Assembly: GCA_034004785.1 (NCBI GenBank)
Contig: JAVEWA010000001.1
Location: forward strand, 1 to 51,433
Length of the DNA stretch: 51,433 nucleotides
Source: Polyangia bacterium
Lineage (GTDB): Bacteria; Myxococcota_A; Polyangia; HGW-17; JAJRWW01
Reading direction: 5' to 3'
The notes below the pieces were generated by a model. It worked only from the letters and a program-made list of their open reading frames with translations. It did no database searches and was not told the origin of the DNA. The position numbers were made by a program, and so were the translations under genes. Below are positions 38,849 to 47,730 of this stretch, piece by piece (position 1 is the stretch's first letter; each line of letters begins with the position of its first letter).

Positions 38849-41800
38849 TCACTCCGCTGGCCGCTTGATGGCGTCCTGGGCGGCTTTTTTCTGGGCGCTG
38901 GTCTCCGGATTTTCCGGGTTTCCCTTCGTGGAGAGGTATCTGTTCAGGTGGGTGATGCCCAGGCGCGCGCTCTTTGAGCGGAGGTATGACATTCCGAGGA
39001 AATAGTGCAGATCGGGCCACCATGGGCTCGACTCCTCCGCCAAATCGAGGCTCTGGCGCAGGCTGCCTATGGCGGCCGTGAAGCTGTTCTCGTCGAACAA
39101 CGTGCGGCCGAGCATGAAGTGCGCCTCCGCATGCCCACGGTCCAGCGCGATGGCGCGGCGGAACGAACGCATGGCCTGGGCGGGGTTTCTCTCCTGCAGA
39201 TGGCCCTGGCCTTCCAGCAGGAAGGCTTCGGGGGTGGGCTGCTTCCTGATGAGCTCTTGAGCGACGGTGATGCAGCGCTTGGTGTCTCTGAACCGGCACA
39301 GGATCCGCGCCTTGGCGGAAAGGACCTCCAGGTCCGAGGGGCGCTCTCCAAGTAGAGCGTCGTAGAGTTGAAGGGCCTGGCGGGCATCTCCGGACTCTGC
39401 TGCCACGCGAGCCTCTATCATGCGGTGACCGCGTTCCTTTGGCTTGATTGACAGGGCCCGGCGGATGCGCTTGGAGGCCTCCTTGGTGTCTCCCTCCACA
39501 AGAGCAACGAGGGCGTGGAGGGCCATGGCCTTGTCATCCCTGCGGTTCGCATCCTCGAGGAGAGGCTCGATGAGCTGCTTGGCCTTGACCAGGTTGGCGG
39601 GCGTGGGCTGGCGAAGCAGCATCTCGGCGTAGGCCCTGTCCAGAGAATCACTTCGCAGGATCTTGCGAGAGTCCTCGAAGCGCTGTATCGCGCGGTCTCT
39701 TTCCTTGCGTTCCCAGTGGTATTCAGCGATGAGCCGCAGACCCTCCAACATCGCGCTAGCTCGCTTTGCCACCTGATCCAGAAGCAGGAACGCCTCCTCG
39801 GGCTTCTTCTGATGCCGCCAGAGACAGGTCGCGAGCTCGAGGAGCAGCTCGTTCGAGGATGGATCCCGTTCGCTCCCAGTACGCAATACCTTCTCGGCGG
39901 CGTCGAACCTTCCCAGGCCGATGAGCATCCTCCCCTCCAGGATGACCAGCGGAGCAGGGATGCTGCCTCCGTACCTGGCCCGCACGAGCTCTAAAACCGT
40001 CTTCATGCCCTCGAACTGACCCTGCTCGTGCAGGAGATCGAGGAATGCCGCATGGCCGTCGGTGAAGTCGTGGTGGCGGCTTGTGGAGGAAAGATAGAGC
40101 CTCCGAGCCTCCTCTAATTCTCCTCGCGCCTGGGCGATCCGCCCCCTGGCGAGGTTGAGCCATTGGTCATCGAAGGGGACGACCTTGCCGCCGGCCTCCT
40201 TTTGGGGTGGAGCGTCCGCGCGAGGGTCTTCCTCCGCGCTTCTCCTGGCCTGCATGGTGGGCTCGGGCTCGCCCGCAGGTCTCTCCCCACGAGGCTCGCT
40301 CGGGAGCTCCATGGCCTCCATGGAAGCTCCGTCGCGAGGAGCAGCCGGCTTCTCTTTCGTGGCTGGGATGCGGTTGGAGAGCAGCTTTCCGATAGCCTCT
40401 TCGGCCAGCGAGAGCTGGCCGAGGGCCAAGTGAGCCCTCACGAGCGCCTCGAGGATCCGGGTGCTGCCGGGGTCAACCTTCATGGCGGCCTCGAGTCGGG
40501 CTGCGGAGGTGCTGGGGTCGCCCATCTGCAATCGGGTGAGACCATCCAGGACGAGCAGGGCTGGTTCGACCCCTTGGGCTTGGGTCGCCTCGGAGAGGAT
40601 CTTGAGGGCCTTGTCCAGAGCGCCTTGGCCCAGGGCCAGAAGGGAGAGGCCCCGTGCGATGGCGCTGCGTTCCCTGGGAGAAGCCTGCTCCCCCAGCTTT
40701 TCAAGGAGGTCTTTCAGCTTCTTTTCGCTCTCGAGGGGATCGGCGGGCGGCGCCAGCTCCAAGAGAGCAACTCGAGCCTGGGCATGTAGTGGGCTGCTCT
40801 TCAGAGCTTCACCGAGGAGCGTCGCTCGCTCCTCCCGAGTGGCTGAAGCGTCCTTGATGGCGAGCGTTGTCGCCAGGGCGTAGCGGGCGCCGGCAGACTC
40901 CTCCCTGGTTGTGAGCACTCGGCGAAAGTGGCGCTCGGCAGCAGCCAGGTCGCCCGAGTCCAGGGCCAGGTAGCCAGAGAGCAAGGGGATCTCGGGATCC
41001 TTCTTTCGGAGCCCCGAAGCCTGCTTCAAGAGAGTGCGTGCGGTCTTTTTCTTTCCCGCGAGCATCTTGTCGATGGCTCTAGCCTTGAGGAACTCCGGGT
41101 CTTCCACTTCTCCGAGCTCCTTGAGTATCCTACGGGCCTTCTTCTGCAGGTCCGGCGCAGTGTATCGATATGCCGCCAAGAGCATCGTTTTGGCCCGGGC
41201 AGCCTTCAGAGATTGGGAAGGGGTCTTCTTGTCCTTCTTGGAGAGGGCCAGGGCGGTCTCCTTGTACGAGGCAAAGGTGTCGAGATCCATCGTGGGCAGA
41301 TACGCCACAGTGGTCGAGGTCTCAGAGGGGCGGGTGGGCGGCTCCCTTGGACCAACTTCCGGAGGCTTGGCAGCCTGCCCCCTGCTTGCTTGGGATCCGG
41401 TTTTGGAGGACCTGGTCCCAAGGTAGAGCGCGATCGCTGGTCCGATCACGACAAGGGAGAGCACGGCGATGGCGATTCCCCGAGGCATTCCAAGAAGCAT
41501 CCTTCCCTGTCGCCGGGAGGGTTTGGATGGGCGTGACTCCTGGGGCGGATGAGCATCCTCCTCGGCATCGGCCGGGCCGAGTGATTGTCCTGGCGCCGGT
41601 TGTATCGCTGCGCCCGGGCCGAGATGGACTTCCTCTCCATCTGCTCCAGAGGCAGACACATCGATTGGGGAGACGAGATCCAACTCCGAGAGGTCCACCG
41701 GCGCAGCGCCAGGCATGTCTCCATGGCCGTCTCCGCTGTCGAGCTCCAACTCTCCCCAACCCATGGCTCCAGCATCTTCCTTGGCGGCCCTCGGCGTAGG

Positions 41801-42976
41801 GAGGTCCGGCTGGGTCGGAGCCGGTAGGTCAGGCAGGTCTATGGGCGTCCCCGGCGCGACTGGCGATCTGGGCGTAGGGAGGTCCGGCTGGGTCGGAGCC
41901 GGTAGGTCAGGTAGGTCGAAGGGCATTCCTGCTGCCACTGGCGACCTAGGCGTAGGGAGGTCCGGTTGGGCTGGAGTTGGTAGGTCAGGAAGGTCGTAGG
42001 GTCCTGCTGCCGGCGTCACTGGCGACCTTGGCGTTGGTAGATCTGGCAGCTCAGGCGGCGGCGGCGTGATGGCCGCCCTGGGCGCCCCCGCGAGGGGAGC
42101 TGTCCTTGGAGCCGGTAGGTCTGGCAGCTCAGGCGGCGGCGGTGTGATGGCCGCCCTGGGCGCCCCCGCGAGGGGAGATGGCTTGGGAGCCGGTAGGTCT
42201 GGCAGCTCGGGCGGCGGCGGTGTGATGGCCGCCCTGGGCGTCCCCGCGAGGGGAGATGGCTTGGGAGCCGGTAGGTCTGGCAGCTCAGGCGGCGGCGGTG
42301 TGATGGCCGCCCTGGGCGCCCCCGCGAGGGGAGACGGCTTGGGAGCCGGTAGGTCCGGGAGATCTCTCGCCTGTTGCTGTATGGCCGGCCTGGGAGGCGC
42401 CTTCGGCTTCTCTTGGGCGGTCATGGGAGCCGGTAGGTCCGGGAGATCTCTCGCCTGTTGCTGTATGGCCGGCCTGGGAGGCGCCTTCGGCTTCTCTTGG
42501 GCGGTCATGGGAACCGGTAGGTCCGGGAGATCTCTCGCCTGTTGCTGTATGGCCGGCCTGGGAGGCGCCTTCGGCTTCTCTTGGGCGGTCATGGGAACCG
42601 GTAGGTCCGGGAGCTCCGCGCCAGGTTTGCTCCTCGAGGAGAAGGCCTCAGAGAGGCCAGAATAATCAGTGATAGGCATCCAGGTCTTGTTGTCCTGGGA
42701 GACCTCCTCGCTGCCTTCGAGCTTGCCAGAGCGAGCCATTGATTCGATGGCCTTGCCGGTGAAGGGGCCGAAGACGCCGCCCGTGCTTCTCTTCACGAAG
42801 AGCTTGAGGCTCGCGAGATCCGCGCCCAGGTGGCCCTGGGTCGTTGAACCGGGCTGGGCTCGGTGAACGAAGAACGAGCCCAGACAGCTTGGGCATTTGA
42901 GAGCGAGGCCATCGGGAGGGATCTGCTGGTCCTCGATCTCCCACGAAGAGCCGCACTTAGCGCAGGTGACGTTCAT
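38849..42976 (-). CDS. GltG/GltJ/NfsG-like bitopic protein: N-terminal zinc ribbon, GYF-like domain, tandem proline-rich repeats, one TM, then a long periplasmic TPR array
   Basis: I prefer ATG 42976, giving MNVTCAKCGSSWEIEDQQIPPDGLALKCPSCLGSFFV, a CxxC…CxxC zinc ribbon. The GYF-like segment is GGVFGPFTGKAIESMARSGKLEGSEEVSQDNKTWMPITDY. About 270 aa of LPDLP-containing repeats follow. The TM is GIAIAVLSLVVIGPAIALYLG. Roughly 830 aa of TPR-like helical repeats complete the protein. It occupies the last position of a Glt/Nfs-ordered operon. Confidence 0.8.
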   Translation of the reverse strand: MNVTCAKCGSSWEIEDQQIPPDGLALKCPSCLGSFFVHRAQPGSTTQGHLGADLASLKLFVKRSTGGVFGPFTGKAIESMARSGKLEGSEEVSQDNKTWMPITDYSGLSEAFSSRSKPGAELPDLPVPMTAQEKPKAPPRPAIQQQARDLPDLPVPMTAQEKPKAPPRPAIQQQARDLPDLPAPMTAQEKPKAPPRPAIQQQARDLPDLPAPKPSPLAGAPRAAITPPPPELPDLPAPKPSPLAGTPRAAITPPPPELPDLPAPKPSPLAGAPRAAITPPPPELPDLPAPRTAPLAGAPRAAITPPPPELPDLPTPRSPVTPAAGPYDLPDLPTPAQPDLPTPRSPVAAGMPFDLPDLPAPTQPDLPTPRSPVAPGTPIDLPDLPAPTQPDLPTPRAAKEDAGAMGWGELELDSGDGHGDMPGAAPVDLSELDLVSPIDVSASGADGEEVHLGPGAAIQPAPGQSLGPADAEEDAHPPQESRPSKPSRRQGRMLLGMPRGIAIAVLSLVVIGPAIALYLGTRSSKTGSQASRGQAAKPPEVGPREPPTRPSETSTTVAYLPTMDLDTFASYKETALALSKKDKKTPSQSLKAARAKTMLLAAYRYTAPDLQKKARRILKELGEVEDPEFLKARAIDKMLAGKKKTARTLLKQASGLRKKDPEIPLLSGYLALDSGDLAAAERHFRRVLTTREESAGARYALATTLAIKDASATREERATLLGEALKSSPLHAQARVALLELAPPADPLESEKKLKDLLEKLGEQASPRERSAIARGLSLLALGQGALDKALKILSEATQAQGVEPALLVLDGLTRLQMGDPSTSAARLEAAMKVDPGSTRILEALVRAHLALGQLSLAEEAIGKLLSNRIPATKEKPAAPRDGASMEAMELPSEPRGERPAGEPEPTMQARRSAEEDPRADAPPQKEAGGKVVPFDDQWLNLARGRIAQARGELEEARRLYLSSTSRHHDFTDGHAAFLDLLHEQGQFEGMKTVLELVRARYGGSIPAPLVILEGRMLIGLGRFDAAEKVLRTGSERDPSSNELLLELATCLWRHQKKPEEAFLLLDQVAKRASAMLEGLRLIAEYHWERKERDRAIQRFEDSRKILRSDSLDRAYAEMLLRQPTPANLVKAKQLIEPLLEDANRRDDKAMALHALVALVEGDTKEASKRIRRALSIKPKERGHRMIEARVAAESGDARQALQLYDALLGERPSDLEVLSAKARILCRFRDTKRCITVAQELIRKQPTPEAFLLEGQGHLQERNPAQAMRSFRRAIALDRGHAEAHFMLGRTLFDENSFTAAIGSLRQSLDLAEESSPWWPDLHYFLGMSYLRSKSARLGITHLNRYLSTKGNPENPETSAQKKAAQDAIKRPAE
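41793..42620. repeat. Three adjacent families of in-frame tandem repeats (78 nt x3, 78 nt x4, 84 nt x3) encoding the proline-rich LPDLP region of the ZnR-GYF protein
   Basis: Family C lies at 41793-41870, 41871-41948 and 41949-~42029, encoding LPTPRSPV..G.P.DLPDLPAPTQPD. Family B lies at 42036-42113, 42114-42191, 42192-42269 and 42270-42347, encoding LPDLPAPKPSPLAGAPRAAITPPPPE. Family A lies at 42348-42431, 42432-42515 and 42516-42599, encoding LPDLPVPMTAQEKPKAPPRPAIQQQARD, with a partial unit to ~42620. Copies within families A and B are nearly identical at the DNA level. Confidence 0.9.
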
Positions 42977-43013
42977 CTGGCCTCCAGGGTCTCTGTTCGA
43001 CTGAGCTGAGGAG

Positions 43014-43295
43014 CTACTTGAACCAGCGCAGTCCTGGATCACGCGAGGTGCGGCTGATCTGGTCGAGGAAGCTCTTTTGCAGTCTCAGCAGTCGATCGAA
43101 GAGGGGCGACTTCAAGGCCCTCGTATAGACGGTCGCGGGTTTGTTGATCTCCCCATCGATGAGGAGCTCGTCGAAGTCGTAGAAACGGGTTCTGTCCCCT
43201 TCCGCCTTGGGTGCGGAGGCTGCCTCGGGTGGATTCGCCGCTCCTAGCAGGACGAGAAGCGCAAACGAAATCATCGCGCAGGTCCAGCGGGTCAT
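43014..43295 (-). CDS. Small secreted protein at the GltF/NfsF position of the cluster
   Basis: 93 aa with signal peptide MTRWTCAMISFALLVLLGAA, then …RFYDFDELLIDGEINKPATVY…. The ATG overlaps the upstream stop (ATGA at 43292-43295). The functional label rests on gene order only. Confidence 0.65.
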   Translation of the reverse strand: MTRWTCAMISFALLVLLGAANPPEAASAPKAEGDRTRFYDFDELLIDGEINKPATVYTRALKSPLFDRLLRLQKSFLDQISRTSRDPGLRWFK

Positions 43296-44491
43296 GGTCT
43301 ATCACCTCCTCGACGGGGCGGGGCCACTGTACGTGGCGCGGCCGGTGGCCTCACTTTGGGCCGGGACATGGATTCGAGCATCTTTATCGTTGCAAAGACA
43401 GGGTCGTCCTTTGGCAGGCCTGTCTGAGCTTTGACGAAGCGCTTGTAGTATGCGAGGGCCTTCTTTGGGGAATCCAGATGCTCCTGATAGATCTTGGCGA
43501 TCTGGAAGATCGCTCTAGGCTCGTGGCCGTGCGTCTGCACGGCTGCCAGATAGCCCGAAAGGGCGTCCTTGAAGCGCTTCTTGCCAAAGAGGGCTCTGGC
43601 GTGTCCGAGCATGGCTTCCTTGTGCGTGGGCCAGGATTTGAGCACCGCGTCGAAGTGTCTGCGGGCACCATCGAAGTCGAGGTTGTCCACATAGACCTTA
43701 CCTAGGAGCAAACGGCCCGCCACCAGATCGCCATCTGCATTTACCGCTGCCTCGATGTCCATGACAGCACGGCCCATCTCCCCAAGGGCATGCCATGCCA
43801 GCCCCCTGGCGAGGAGGAGCTCGGCGTGGCGTGGATGGTGTGCGAGCCCGCGGTTCACAATCATCAGGGCTGTCCGGGCGTCCTTTTGGTCTAGATAGAG
43901 CCTTGCGAACATCAGGTGTGCGCCAGGGTCCCTGCGGTCCAGGGTGAGGGCCTGTTGAACTCGTTTCAAGGCCAGGTCCTTTGCGCCCGAGCGTCTGTGC
44001 ACCTCCGAGGACACGGAAAGAGCCTGAAGGTCCGCTGGATGCGCCTTCAGGTAGGAGGAGATGGCGCGCTCGGCGGGCTCGAATCGGCCAAGCCTCAAGA
44101 GGACATCCACCCAGCCGAACAAGGCCTCCCGGTCTCCAGGAGTGGCCGCGGCCGCTCGGTAGTGCGCCTCTGCCTCGCCGAGGCGACCCAGGCGAAGCAG
44201 GCAGAACGCCGCGTTGAGGCGAGCCTCCCGTTTGGGCGGCTGCGTTCTGAGCGCCTGCTCGAACGCGATGAGCGCCCCTTGGAGATCGGGAGGCTTCCTC
44301 GACAGGGCAGCTCGGCCCTTGGTGAGATTGATGTCATTGTCGGCGGCCGAAACAGACTTGTTGAATTCCTTGGAGGTAACATCCCTCGGAGCACCCGCTG
44401 TGGTCTTGCCTCGGCCGCCCTCCTGCGAGGGCCCAGGGCAGGACATGGTAGCCGCTGCAACGCAGAGGGGGAGTAGCACGAAGCGGGTCAT
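43292..44491 (-). CDS. Periplasmic TPR protein (GltE/NfsE-like by position)
   Basis: I prefer ATG 44491, which overlaps the upstream stop (ATGA at 44488-44491) and gives MTRFVLLPLCVAAATMSCPGPS… (signal peptide, possible lipoprotein). Multiple TPRs follow (…ALIAFEQALRTQP…AEAHYRAAAA…AHLMFARLYLDQKD…ALAYYKRFVK). The upstream part of the 571-aa track ORF overlaps the preceding gene out of frame. Confidence 0.75.
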   Translation of the reverse strand: MTRFVLLPLCVAAATMSCPGPSQEGGRGKTTAGAPRDVTSKEFNKSVSAADNDINLTKGRAALSRKPPDLQGALIAFEQALRTQPPKREARLNAAFCLLRLGRLGEAEAHYRAAAATPGDREALFGWVDVLLRLGRFEPAERAISSYLKAHPADLQALSVSSEVHRRSGAKDLALKRVQQALTLDRRDPGAHLMFARLYLDQKDARTALMIVNRGLAHHPRHAELLLARGLAWHALGEMGRAVMDIEAAVNADGDLVAGRLLLGKVYVDNLDFDGARRHFDAVLKSWPTHKEAMLGHARALFGKKRFKDALSGYLAAVQTHGHEPRAIFQIAKIYQEHLDSPKKALAYYKRFVKAQTGLPKDDPVFATIKMLESMSRPKVRPPAAPRTVAPPRRGGDRP

Positions 44492-47400
44492 CGCGAGGTC
44501 CCCCTCTCCAAGATGGGTCTGGCGAGCTGGGGCTCGGGGGCGTAGCCTCCCAAGAGCACTGGCCGTACGGGATCCGGGTACTGCTCGGGGTCCAGCTTCA
44601 TGAGCCTGCTTGCCGCAGCCACCGTGTATTTGTTGTACACCCGGAGGCGGTGCGCCACCTCCACGGCCTTTCGGAACGCGCCGAGGGCGGCCTCTTCCAC
44701 GGGCTGAGCCCGCTCCTGCAGCACTGCCTTGTACTGCTCTATCTCCTCCGGTTTGGTCATGCCTTTGGGTACCGGGATGCTGTAGAGGGACTCCACCGTA
44801 CGGGCGTAGAGCATGCCGATGCGGTACACCGCTGCCGTGGACCACACGAGGGCCCTGTAGGGGAGCACTGCCTGATACTCCCGCTGGGCGGCTTCCCGCC
44901 GTTTGGCCTTCTCGATGAGGAGCCGAACCAGGGCCGGGCCCGTGCCCTCGAGCTTGACCGCCTCGAACCTGTCGAAGAGAACCTCCGCTAGCTGGAATCG
45001 CGCCCATCCTGCGTAGTCGGCGGCCGGAGTGCCGGGTTGGAGCTTGTTTTGGGTGAAGGCGGTCACCGCGTTCTGGAAGTAGGACAGCTGGCGTTTCTGC
45101 CCCTGGGCAGTCTGGGCAGCGGCGGAGCGACGTACGGTCCGACCGGCGCGGGTCCAGGCCGCCACCAGGAGGGTCGGGGCCTTCTTGGCGTGAGGGCTAC
45201 TGACGAAGTCCAGGTAGAACTTCTCCGCCGCGGGCCACTTCTTCTGGCTCTCGAGCAGCTTGCCGATGCTGAAGAAGGCCTGGGTTGCGTCTGGCCTGTT
45301 GGGGTAGAGGGTCACATACTGACGGCGGATCTTCTCTGCGGCTGGGGCGTTGCCGAGTGCCTCATGCATCACTGACGCACCATGCAGGGCATCCGGCGTT
45401 TCGGGGATTTGTGGGAGCTGCGCGAGCTCGGCGTAGAGCATGGCAGCCTTGGCGAAGTCGGCGCGGGACTCGTGCAGGGCCCCGAGGACGAAGGTCGCCT
45501 TGGCGGCGAACTCCGTTCGGGGCGCTTTGACGCGAACCTGCTCGTAAAGGGTGATGGCTCGCGAGAGCTGCCCAGCTTTCTCGAAGAGGACTGCGGTGTT
45601 CCACAGAGCGGGGAAGGCGTTCCGGTCCTTGGGGAACTCGTCGTAAACGGCCTTCATCGCGAGGGCCGCCTCCTCGTATTTCTTCTGCTTCTCCAGGATC
45701 TCGGCGGCCTTGATGCCCGACGCGGCGATAATGGAGCGAAGCTGCGCCCTCGAGTAGAGCTGGTAGTTGCGGATCCCGATCAGATGCCTCGCCCATTTGA
45801 CCACCTGAGGCCAGTCCCTGAGGCGGCTGTAGCTGTCCAGAGCCATGGCGCCCGACAGCGCCGCGTAGCGATCCTTGGGGTGGGTCTCTATAACCTTGCC
45901 AAAGCGCCGCCCAGCCTCCTCGAGGAGCCCGTGGTCGTAGAAGATGCGCCCTGCCTTGAAGAGAATCGAGGGCGCGTCCTTGCTCGTTGGGAAGAGGCGG
46001 GCGAAGTCGTCGCTGGCCGCAACGAAGCGTTTCTCAAGGGGCGCGAGCGGTGTCTTGGGAATGGTCTCCGAGCCTACCTTGGTGGGCACCGGCCTATCCA
46101 GCCCCTTCGAGGTCAGAAGCTGAGCCAGACAGAAGACCTGCTGGAAGGCAGCGTCCTCCCTGAAGGGGGAGGGGCCGGAGGCCACCACCTCGCCGTAGCG
46201 CGTGGCGGCTACATCGTGGTCTTCGAAGTGCCTGAGGAGCTCCGCGAGGTAGAAGCGCATGGCAGGCGCCTGCTTGGAGGAGTGGAACTGCTTGAGGAAC
46301 TCGGAGTAGGTGTTTACTGCGCGCCGAAGCAGGTCCTCCCGGTTGCCAGCCTTTCCCTCGCGGTGGTAGTAGGTTGCCACATAGGCCAGGGCCTTCTCCG
46401 CGAGCTGCCTGCCGCTGGCTGCGACAGCGGGCTTGGACCTGTGAGCAGATATCCATGCGCTGCCTGGGGAGTAGAAGGCGACGATACTTCGCAGGGCAGC
46501 GTCCAGCCGCTCCGGCGTACGTAGTCGCACCAGGATGTCCACCTGGAGCTGGTGGTAATGGGTGGCCTCGAGCGCGGTGGGGTACTGGGCCAGCAGCCAG
46601 GCCAGGACCTCGAGGGAGGGCAGGTTCTTGTCCTGGCTGTCTAGAGTGCGCGCCATTCGCCATAGGAGGCGCTGGGCGACTTCCTTTCCGCCAACCTTGA
46701 GGAAGTAGTCTCTCGCCCTTGGGAAACCGTCCGTTAGCTCGGTGTAGAAAGAGACCAGATCCCTGAGTGCCTGCTCCTTGAGGTCTGCCGCGCGGTTGGA
46801 CACGACGGATTGCATGGCGGCGATGGCCTCGCCGTGCTTGTTCTGGTGGTGCAGGCTCCAGGCGTACTTGTACTCGGCGTAGCCGGCCATGACCGACTTC
46901 GGATACTTCCGATAGACCATCTGGTAGTTGCCCATGGCGGCGATGAACTTGTTGGCGTCGAACCATATCTCCCCCATCTGCAGATATGCGTCCGCCACCA
47001 GGGGGCTCTTCGGGTGGCGCTGCACCAGCTCGGAGAGCACACGCGCGGCGTCGGCGGAGCGCCCCATCTGGTTGAGGCAGTAGCCCAGCCTGAAGCGCGC
47101 CTCGTCGCCTCGAGAGAAGTCCGGATCCTCGGTCACGAGCTTCTGGTAGGTGGCGATGGCGTCGGTGTAGTCCGACTTGGGAGGCTCGGGCTTTTCCTTG
47201 CGGCGCCCTGCATCGAAGTCCTGCTGCTCCTTCTCGTAGGCCGCATATCGACGGAGGTTCTGGTAGCGCCCCTCCTCGAACTCCAGATCAGCCTTGCGCA
47301 TGAGATACATGCTCCGCTGGGTACGATACTGCGAGAGCTTGTAGGTGCGGGAGGCGAGCAGCCGAGTCACCAGCTCGATCATCTTCTTGCGCTTCTCGGA

Positions 47401-47730
47401 CTGGAGCTGCTCGTTGGTCTGAAGCGCTGCCTGGCGCGCCTTCTCGCGTTCGAAGTCTCGAGAGGCTGGTCCGGCAGCTTCCTTGACCCGTTCTCTGCCC
47501 GAGGCGACCTTGTGGCTCTTGATCTCCAGCCCCTTGACCTCTCGCCCCTGGATGCGTTGGGCCGCCGCGTCACGCGGCAGGCAGGGCAAGAGGGCCCATG
47601 CCAGGATGATGAACGGCATCGACCGCAAAGAGATCGTCTGAAAACGAGGAGCTCGCCATCGCCTTCCAGGGCGGGCATCGAGGGTGGAACGGCGAACCGG
47701 GCCCGACTGCTCGAATGGACTCTTGGTCAT
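44488..47730 (-). CDS. Large periplasmic TPR protein (GltD/AgmU/NfsD-like by size, composition and position)
   Basis: I prefer ATG 47730 (ATGA overlap with the upstream stop at 47727-47730); the longest ORF starts at 47769. The hydrophobic signal is MPFIILAWALLPCLPRDAAA. About 1000 aa of TPR-like repeats follow (…ADAYLQMGEIWFDANKFIAAMGNYQMVYRKYPKS…). Confidence 0.75.
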   Translation of the reverse strand: MTKSPFEQSGPVRRSTLDARPGRRWRAPRFQTISLRSMPFIILAWALLPCLPRDAAAQRIQGREVKGLEIKSHKVASGRERVKEAAGPASRDFEREKARQAALQTNEQLQSEKRKKMIELVTRLLASRTYKLSQYRTQRSMYLMRKADLEFEEGRYQNLRRYAAYEKEQQDFDAGRRKEKPEPPKSDYTDAIATYQKLVTEDPDFSRGDEARFRLGYCLNQMGRSADAARVLSELVQRHPKSPLVADAYLQMGEIWFDANKFIAAMGNYQMVYRKYPKSVMAGYAEYKYAWSLHHQNKHGEAIAAMQSVVSNRAADLKEQALRDLVSFYTELTDGFPRARDYFLKVGGKEVAQRLLWRMARTLDSQDKNLPSLEVLAWLLAQYPTALEATHYHQLQVDILVRLRTPERLDAALRSIVAFYSPGSAWISAHRSKPAVAASGRQLAEKALAYVATYYHREGKAGNREDLLRRAVNTYSEFLKQFHSSKQAPAMRFYLAELLRHFEDHDVAATRYGEVVASGPSPFREDAAFQQVFCLAQLLTSKGLDRPVPTKVGSETIPKTPLAPLEKRFVAASDDFARLFPTSKDAPSILFKAGRIFYDHGLLEEAGRRFGKVIETHPKDRYAALSGAMALDSYSRLRDWPQVVKWARHLIGIRNYQLYSRAQLRSIIAASGIKAAEILEKQKKYEEAALAMKAVYDEFPKDRNAFPALWNTAVLFEKAGQLSRAITLYEQVRVKAPRTEFAAKATFVLGALHESRADFAKAAMLYAELAQLPQIPETPDALHGASVMHEALGNAPAAEKIRRQYVTLYPNRPDATQAFFSIGKLLESQKKWPAAEKFYLDFVSSPHAKKAPTLLVAAWTRAGRTVRRSAAAQTAQGQKRQLSYFQNAVTAFTQNKLQPGTPAADYAGWARFQLAEVLFDRFEAVKLEGTGPALVRLLIEKAKRREAAQREYQAVLPYRALVWSTAAVYRIGMLYARTVESLYSIPVPKGMTKPEEIEQYKAVLQERAQPVEEAALGAFRKAVEVAHRLRVYNKYTVAAASRLMKLDPEQYPDPVRPVLLGGYAPEPQLARPILERGTSR

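Noticed and set aside
42066-42665. 199-aa plus-strand ORF with GAGRSGSSGGGGVMAALGAPARG repeats
   Set aside because: It is the antisense reading of the proline-rich tandem repeats of the ZnR-GYF protein. Its repeat structure is inherited from the real minus-strand gene.
44492-45007. N-terminal 172 aa of the 571-aa ORF 43292..45007
   Set aside because: It overlaps the end of the GltD-like gene out of frame and is Gly/Arg/Pro/Ala-rich. The ATG at 44491 gives a signal peptide and an ATGA junction consistent with the rest of the operon.
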